NCBI GenBank assembly: GCA_021323255.1
Contig: JAJTCL010000002.1
Location: 1 to 53,545 of the forward strand
From: Propionibacteriaceae bacterium
GTDB lineage: Bacteria; Actinomycetota; Actinomycetes; Propionibacteriales; Propionibacteriaceae
Length of the DNA stretch: 53,545 nt
Reading direction: 5' to 3'
In this document: one piece after another, positions 47,424 through 53,545 of the stretch
Numbering within the stretch: the stretch's first letter is position 1
Layout: every line of letters begins with the position of its first letter
Translations under genes and position numbers: made by a program
Notes under the pieces: generated by a model
Told to the model about the DNA's origin: nothing
The model's input: the letters and a program-made list of their open reading frames with translations, nothing else
Databases searched by the model: none

Positions 47424-49090
47424 CATCGACGGCGCCTAGCCTTTCCGACGACCTCGCTCGCGCAATTACCAGCTGGACCGCCCAAGACCCTGATCCGCAG
47501 ACCCGCAAGCAGGTGGATGATCTGCTGATCGCGGCCGACTCTGGGGACACGCGTGCGATGGCGGAGCTTGTCGACGCATTCGCCTCCCGACTGCAGTTCG
47601 GAACGGCTGGGTTGCGCGGCGCACTGGGTCCTGGACCGAATCGAATGAATAGAGTGGTCGTCGGCCAGGCCGCAGCCGGGCTCGCCAGCTACCTTCTTGA
47701 TCATGGCCTGGCTGGCGGAAACGTGATCATCGGCTTCGATGCTCGGCACAACTCCGCCGTCTTCGCCCGAGACACGGCGGAGATCATGTCCGGTGCTGGC
47801 TTCCAGGCCATGATCACGCCAGGGCCATTGCCGACACCCGTTGTGGCATTCGGCGTCCGCCATTTCGGCTGCGTGGCTGGCGTTGTCGTCACCGCATCGC
47901 ACAATCCGCCTCAGGACAACGGATACAAGGTCTATCTCGGGGATGGCTCGCAGATCGTGCCGCCTGCTGACTTGGAGATCTCCTCGAGGATCGAGGAGGT
48001 AACCAAGCACAGCCTGTACGACGTGCCGCGCTCCCAGTCCTACGCAGTTCTCGGAGAGGAGTTGCCGACCGCATACCTGGCTCGGGTCGCTTCCCTGGTA
48101 CCGCGAAGCGCGCCCCGCGACCTGCGCTGGGTCTACACCCCGCTGCATGGCGTGGGCGGCTCGCTGGTCGAACAAGCGGTCGAGGCCTGCGGGCTACCTG
48201 CTGCTCACGTAGTTGTCGAGCAAGCCAGCCCCGATCCGAGATTCCCGACAGTGGCATTTCCCAATCCAGAGGAACCTGGTGCCATCGACCTCGCTCTAGC
48301 ACAGGCACGCCAGATCAGTGCCGATCTGGTGATCGCCAACGACCCCGACGCCGACCGCTGCGCGATAGCCGTGGTCGTCGACGGGGAGTGGCGGCTGCTG
48401 AGTGGCGACGAGCTCGGTGTTCTGCTTGGCGAGGACGCCCTGCGGCGTGGCGTCCGCGGTACCTATGCCTGTTCGATCGTTTCCAGCTCTCTACTCTCGG
48501 CTATGGCCGCGACATACCGGCAACCCTTCGTCCACACCCTGACCGGGTTCAAGTGGATCGGGCGGGTGCCCGGGCTGGCGTACGGCTATGAGGAGGCTCT
48601 CGGCTATTGCATCGATCCGGAAGCGGTTCCTGACAAGGACGGGATCTCCGCGCTCATCATGGTGCTGACCCTCGCCGCCGGCCTCAAGGCGGAGGGACGG
48701 AGCATCGCGGATCGGCTGGACGACATCGCCCACCGCTACGGGGTCTACGAAACCCACCAGATGTCGGTACGTGTCCAGGATCCCAAGATCATCACGGCAG
48801 CCATGGCTCGACTTCGGGCGCACCCGCCCCGGATCCTTGCTGGGCAACCCACCAGAGTGCTCGATCTGGACCTTGGGTCAGATGAATTGCCGCCCACCGA
48901 TGCAGTCTTGATCACGAGTGAAATGATCAAGGTCGTGGTCCGGCCGTCCGGTACCGAGCCGAAACTCAAGTGCTACCTGGAAGCCCGTCTGGACACTTCC
49001 CGCAGCACCGACCTCGCTGCGGCCAGAGCCGAGGCGCGATCAACGCTCGCGACGATTCGGTCCGACATGTCTGCAGTGCTCGGCCTGTGA
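47420..49090 (+). CDS. Phospho-sugar mutase (phosphomannomutase)
   Basis: FGTAGLRG, TASHNP, DPDADR, YEEA, RPSGTEPK. Confidence 0.93.
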   Translation: MTSTAPSLSDDLARAITSWTAQDPDPQTRKQVDDLLIAADSGDTRAMAELVDAFASRLQFGTAGLRGALGPGPNRMNRVVVGQAAAGLASYLLDHGLAGGNVIIGFDARHNSAVFARDTAEIMSGAGFQAMITPGPLPTPVVAFGVRHFGCVAGVVVTASHNPPQDNGYKVYLGDGSQIVPPADLEISSRIEEVTKHSLYDVPRSQSYAVLGEELPTAYLARVASLVPRSAPRDLRWVYTPLHGVGGSLVEQAVEACGLPAAHVVVEQASPDPRFPTVAFPNPEEPGAIDLALAQARQISADLVIANDPDADRCAIAVVVDGEWRLLSGDELGVLLGEDALRRGVRGTYACSIVSSSLLSAMAATYRQPFVHTLTGFKWIGRVPGLAYGYEEALGYCIDPEAVPDKDGISALIMVLTLAAGLKAEGRSIADRLDDIAHRYGVYETHQMSVRVQDPKIITAAMARLRAHPPRILAGQPTRVLDLDLGSDELPPTDAVLITSEMIKVVVRPSGTEPKLKCYLEARLDTSRSTDLAAARAEARSTLATIRSDMSAVLGL

Positions 49091-49127
49091 CGGGCCCCCC
49101 GTCGACTCAGCGAATTAAGCTGTCGGC

Positions 49128-49712
49128 ATGCGCGGTGCGAGGTGGGCAACCGTGCTCAGTGCGGTACTGGCCACGCCACTGCTGCTGCTCCTGATCTTCG
49201 TCAGACTCGACTATGAGCCTTTCTTCCTGCCACTGCTGACAAATCCGGACGGCACACCCACGACGCTGATGCTGGGAGTTCTGCTGAGCGTTCCAGTCGG
49301 ACTCGTGATCAATCTGCTCCCCCGCCTCCGCCGGCCAGCGGGCAGATCGGCGCGATTCGTCCCAACACCGGCACATGTCATCGTCGGACTGGCGATGCTC
49401 AGCATCGTCATGCTCACCACAGCCGAGTTTGGACTCAATGAACTCAGACCTTTTGTGGCGCCGCTCGGTCCGGCTGCATTCCTTGGCCAGGTCGCATTCC
49501 TGCTCATGGTGGTGGCCTTGCCCGTCGGCGTCTTGCTCAATCGTCTACCTCGTTTTGCCGCGGCTAGGTGGGACTGCAGCCCTCAGGGCCGGACGGTTAT
49601 TTCGGCCAATGTGATTGTCGGTGCGGTCCTGATCCTGTTGATGATCATGCTGCTCAGCGCCTTTGCCCTCGAGGCGACGGCCTGCAGCGTAGGTGTACCG
49701 AACTGCGATTGA
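49128..49712 (+). CDS. Hypothetical multi-pass membrane protein
   Basis: About five hydrophobic segments, internal repeat PVG..(I/L)N.LPR, ends ACSVGVPNCD. Confidence 0.7.
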   Translation: MRGARWATVLSAVLATPLLLLLIFVRLDYEPFFLPLLTNPDGTPTTLMLGVLLSVPVGLVINLLPRLRRPAGRSARFVPTPAHVIVGLAMLSIVMLTTAEFGLNELRPFVAPLGPAAFLGQVAFLLMVVALPVGVLLNRLPRFAAARWDCSPQGRTVISANVIVGAVLILLMIMLLSAFALEATACSVGVPNCD

Positions 49713-50126
49713 GCGGCGAGCGTCGGCAATCGCGCGCCGCCGCACGGAGCCAGGCTGGCGCGCAGCTGCCCTGGACGATCGAGCGAGCAGACATGCTTTT
49801 CGTCCGCGAGCGGGTGGGGAAGGCAGCGGCCAACAAGCGCCAGCCTCAGCGAGCGGAGCGAGCAATGCCGTGAGGAGCGAGCGGAGGCGTTTTTCTCTGT
49901 TTGATTGCTCGCTGCCGCTCGCTGCGGATCGCGCCAGGAAGCCGCCTACTTTGTCGTCGCTCACAGACGAAGAGCATGTCGGCTCGCTCCTCCGCAGCAC
50001 GGCGGCGCGCGATCCGGTGCGAGCGACGACGACGGCGGCGGATTCTCGATGTTCGCGCCGCCGATCTCCCAACAAATTGCGCGAGCGCGGAGCGAGCAAT
50101 CAAACACAGCGCGATGCGCGAGCAGC
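49711..50126. mobile_element. Family A element, copy 5 (inverted), interrupted by three B-type inserts
   Basis: Host pieces 49711-49749, 49872-49899, 50018-50045, 50108-50126 rejoin into the reverse complement of 2127-2243. Mobility is inferred. Confidence 0.8.
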
Positions 50127-50252
50127 CCTGGAATGTTGACCAGAGTCACGCGAATTCACCGGCATATTGGCGCAAATTTCATCTTCTGCGCTAGAATCTG
50201 TGGCACCTGTGTGGGGGTCACGTGGATTTTTTTTGCTCGGGGAAGGAGACCC

Positions 50253-51605
50253 ATGGCCGAACAGACGCACGTCCAGGCGTCTGAAGTGCACGAGGTTCTG
50301 GCGCGACATGTGCAGACCGATGGCATGAAGCTGGTGCTCGATTTGCGACACAGCCGAGGTAGCCGGCTGGTCGATGCTCACACCGGTGAGCGCTACCTCG
50401 ACATGTACACCTTCTTCGCCTCGGCTCCGCTTGGGGTCAATCCGCCGGGCATCGCTGACGACCCGACGTTCATGGTCGAGCTTGCCGAGATCGCGGTCAA
50501 CAAGCCGGCGAATCCGGACATGTACAGCACCGCGTACGCAGAATTCGTCGAGACCTTCGTCCGCGTGCTCGGCGATCCCGCCCTGCCCCACCTGTTCTTC
50601 ATCGAAGGTGGCGCCTTGGCCGTCGAAAACGCACTCAAGGTTGCATTTGACTGGAAGAGCCGGAAGAACGAGGCAGCCGGGCGCGATTCAAACCTGGGTA
50701 GCCAGATCATGCATCTGACGCATGCCTTTCACGGGCGCAGTGGCTACACCTTGTCCCTGACCAACACCGAACCCAACAAGACCGATCGCTTTCCCAGATT
50801 CGGCTGGCCCAGAATCGACGTGCCCGCGATCATCCATCCACTCGGCGATCATCTCGAGGAGGTCATAGCCGCCGAAGAACGCGCGCTGCAGCAGGCGGAA
50901 CGCGCGTTCGCCGCGCACCCGCACGACATAGCGGCGTTCATTGCCGAGCCGATCCAGGGCGAGGGAGGGGACAACCACATGCGAGCTGAGTTCCTGCAAG
51001 CCATGCTCACACTGGTGCACTCCCACGATGCGCTGTTCATCTTGGACGAGGTGCAGACGGGGGTCGGTACCACGGGAACCCCCTGGGCCTACCAGCAGCT
51101 GGGGATTCAGCCCGACGTCGTGGCTTTCTCCAAGAAGGCGCAGGTCGGCGGCATCATGGCTGGCGGTCGAGTCGACGAGGTCCCGGACAACGTGTTTCAG
51201 ATCTCGGGACGGATCAACTCGACCTGGGGTGGCGGGCTTGTCGACATGGTGCGGTCACGCCGGTCCCTGGAGATCATCGAGTCCGAGGGTTTGATCGAGC
51301 AGGCGGGGCCGAAAGGTGAGCAACTCGTGGCCGGACTCGAGAAGCTTCGCGACGACTCGGGGCTGATCAGCAACGTCCGCGGTCGCGGTTTGTTCGTTGC
51401 CTTTGACCTCCAAACCCGCGACGAGCGCGATGCCGTCGTCACTGATCTGCGCACGGTCGAGAGGGTCATCGTGCTGCCCTGCGGCGAGCGCTCGATCCGC
51501 TTCCGTCCGGCGCTGTCGGTGAGTCAGGATGAGATTGACGAAGCCGTCGGAGCAACTCGGCGCTCCGTGGTACGCGTCGTTAGTGAGGAGCTGCAGTACA
51601 CATGA
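50253..51605 (+). CDS. lat: L-lysine 6-transaminase
   Basis: GALAVENALK.AFDWK, AFHGRSGYT, EPIQGEGG, DEVQTG, FSKK, RINSTWGG. RBS GAAGGAG. Confidence 0.93.
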   Translation: MAEQTHVQASEVHEVLARHVQTDGMKLVLDLRHSRGSRLVDAHTGERYLDMYTFFASAPLGVNPPGIADDPTFMVELAEIAVNKPANPDMYSTAYAEFVETFVRVLGDPALPHLFFIEGGALAVENALKVAFDWKSRKNEAAGRDSNLGSQIMHLTHAFHGRSGYTLSLTNTEPNKTDRFPRFGWPRIDVPAIIHPLGDHLEEVIAAEERALQQAERAFAAHPHDIAAFIAEPIQGEGGDNHMRAEFLQAMLTLVHSHDALFILDEVQTGVGTTGTPWAYQQLGIQPDVVAFSKKAQVGGIMAGGRVDEVPDNVFQISGRINSTWGGGLVDMVRSRRSLEIIESEGLIEQAGPKGEQLVAGLEKLRDDSGLISNVRGRGLFVAFDLQTRDERDAVVTDLRTVERVIVLPCGERSIRFRPALSVSQDEIDEAVGATRRSVVRVVSEELQYT

Positions 51606-53067
51606 ATGGAGATAAGTCGAGGGAGCCGGTCCCCCAGAGAGCGCCCGCGCTTCGCGGGCCGGTGACGTCGGTGATCGATGGCGCGCCAGTGACTGGTGGC
51701 CATACGCTGCCAAGCACAAACCCGGCCCGCCTTGATGAAATTGTCGGCGAGGTGTCCTTCGGCGATGCCTCCACCTTCGCCCACGCGGCTGAGTCAGCCA
51801 AGAAAGCCCAAGAGGAGTGGGCGGCCATACCTGCGCCGATCCGGGGCCGCGCCGTCGCACACATTGGCCGGCAGATCGAAGGCAACGCGGCGGCACTGGC
51901 ACGGCTGGTCACGGCCGAGATCGGCAAGCCGTACGGAGAAGCGCTGGGTGAAGTGCGCGAGATCATCGACACCTGCGACTTCTTCCTCGGAGAAGGCCGT
52001 CGACTTTACGGGCAGACCGTGCCCAGCGAGATGCCGGACAAGCAGCTGTTCACCTTCCGCCGGCCGGTCGGCACCGTCGCAGTGATCACAGCCGGCAACT
52101 TCCCGGTCGCCGTGCCGGCGTGGTACATCGTTCCGGCCCTGCTGGCGGGCAACACAGTCGTATGGAAGCCCGCCGAATACGCAGCAGTAACCAGCGCGGT
52201 GTTTCACGAACTCTTCGTACGAGGCGGCGGGCTGCCCGACGGTGTCTTCAATGTCGTGCACGCCGATGGCGCCGCGACGTTTTCGGGGTTGCAGCAATCA
52301 CTGGAGGGTGGTCTTGTCGACAAGGTGGGCTTCACCGGCTCGTCTGCCGTCGGCAGAGAGATCGGCGGCTTGACCGGGCGCTACCTGCAGACCGCGTGCC
52401 TGGAGCTGGGTGGCAAGAACCCGTTGCTGGTCACGCCGAGCGCCGATCTTGATCTTGCGGTGGAAGGCGCGCTCTTCTCAGGTTTCGGCACTGCAGGGCA
52501 GCGTTGCACCTCGCTCGGCACGGTCATCGTGCACGAGTCAGTCCATGAGCAATTCTTGACCAGGTTCAATGCGGCCGTCGCCGGCGCCAGGGTCGGGGAC
52601 CCCACACAGGACGTGGCTTCGTGGGTGATCCGAGCACCGGGCTGTACTATCACCCGATGGTGGTCGACGGCGTGCGCCGCGGTGACCGGATATTCATGGA
52701 GGAGACCTTCGGGCCGATCGTCGGCGTGACGACCTACCAGTCGCTCAACGAGGCCATCGAACTGGCGAACGCGCCGGGATTCGGACTTTCCTCTTCCATT
52801 TACACCACTGATCCCAAGGACGCGTTCACCTTCCGTGACAAGATCGGCGCCGGCATGGTGTCGATCAACAACTCGACCTCGGGCGCCGAGGCCCATCTGC
52901 CGTTCGGGGGCAACGGCAAGTCGGGTAACGGGTCTCGGCAGTCTGGCATCTGGGTGCTGGATCAGTTCACCCGCTGGCAAGCGATGAACTGGGACTATTC
53001 TGGCCGATTGCAGAAAGCTCAGATGGACATCGTCGAGCTGACTCCGGACACCACCTTCCGCATCTAG
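51602..53067 (+). pseudogene. Aldehyde dehydrogenase (piperideine-6-carboxylate dehydrogenase-like), frameshifted
   Basis: FTGS, LELGGKN, GQRCT in the first frame. Jump near 52614 from GDPTQDV to GFVGDPSTGLYYHP..EETFGP in another frame. Confidence 0.8.
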
Positions 53068-53075
53068 AACCTTTG

Positions 53076-53545
53076 ATGGACCCCCTGGACCGTCACTTCC
53101 GCAACTCCCTCGCCGAGTTGTCAGCATCGGTGGTCGCCACGGCGACCATCGATGCTGACAACTCGGCGTGGTGGTGGGAGCTGTTCAGGGCTCAGGCGAC
53201 CAGTCGGCATCTGGATTTCGTGGCACGGGAACTGCAACGCGAGGGGCGCGGGTTCTACACCATCGGCTCATCTGGGCATGAGAGCAACGCCATGGTCGCG
53301 ATGGGTCTGCGGCATAGTGATCCGGCTTTGCTGCACTACCGCTCCGGGGCCTTTTACCTGGCTCGCGCCCATCAGGTGCCGGGAGCGACGCCCGTCCGCG
53401 ATGTGCTCCAAGGGCTGATGGGCTTGGCGGATGAGCCGATTGCCGGCGCCCGCCACAAAGTCTTCGGCCATCCCGATCTGGCTGTGATCCCGCAAACCTC
53501 GACGATCGCCTCGCATCTGCCAAGAGCGGTCGGCCTGGCAATCGC
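53076..53545 (+). CDS. TPP-dependent 2-oxoacid dehydrogenase E1-like protein (truncated by the window edge)
   Basis: Not in the ORF track. MDPLDRHF..ELFRAQATSRHLD..FYTIGSSGHE..LLHYRSGAF..RHKVFG..PQTSTIASHLPRAVG. Confidence 0.85.
   Translation, partial: MDPLDRHFRNSLAELSASVVATATIDADNSAWWWELFRAQATSRHLDFVARELQREGRGFYTIGSSGHESNAMVAMGLRHSDPALLHYRSGAFYLARAHQVPGATPVRDVLQGLMGLADEPIAGARHKVFGHPDLAVIPQTSTIASHLPRAVGLAI
53111..53168. repeat. 58-nt near-perfect palindrome (REP-like) inside the CDS
   Basis: CGCCGAGTTGTCAGCATCGGTGGTCGCC-AC-GGCGACCATCGATGCTGACAACTCGGCG, one G-T pair. Confidence 0.9.

Noticed and set aside
419-50126. Repeats as a CRISPR array
   Set aside because: Copies are ~117 nt, dispersed and divergent, with no regular spacers and no cas genes.
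52600-52630. Programmed frameshift in the aldehyde dehydrogenase
   Set aside because: No slippery sequence, and coding sequence appears to be missing at the junction, which fits a deletion.

Overview
High-GC actinobacterial chromosomal window, most consistent with a Propionibacteriales (Microlunatus-like) organism; the taxonomy is inferred. The backbone follows the conserved actinobacterial block LCP - fadE25 - purE/purK - GtrA - PH - birA - accD5/accE5 - maf - accA - lpdA - punA - pmm - lat/pcd. Interspersed are an inositol/sugar catabolic region, a tandem toxin-antitoxin islet (VapBC plus an RHH-Fic pair), a decaprenyl-phosphoryl-arabinose pathway (ubiA-dprE1-dprE2 and an Rv3789-like GtrA) and several genes broken by internal deletions. 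Three non-coding features stand out. (1) A dispersed family of ~117-nt elements that fold well on one strand only, through stacked tandem G-A pairs and a GNA triloop, and that insert into each other (one host copy carries three inserts). (2) A ~180-nt, GNRA-rich, terminator-ended ncRNA candidate downstream of four DnaA-box-like 9-mers. (3) A 58-nt near-perfect palindrome read in frame inside a TPP-enzyme gene. No rRNA, tRNA, CRISPR array or transposase was recognised. All alignments and folds were done by eye.
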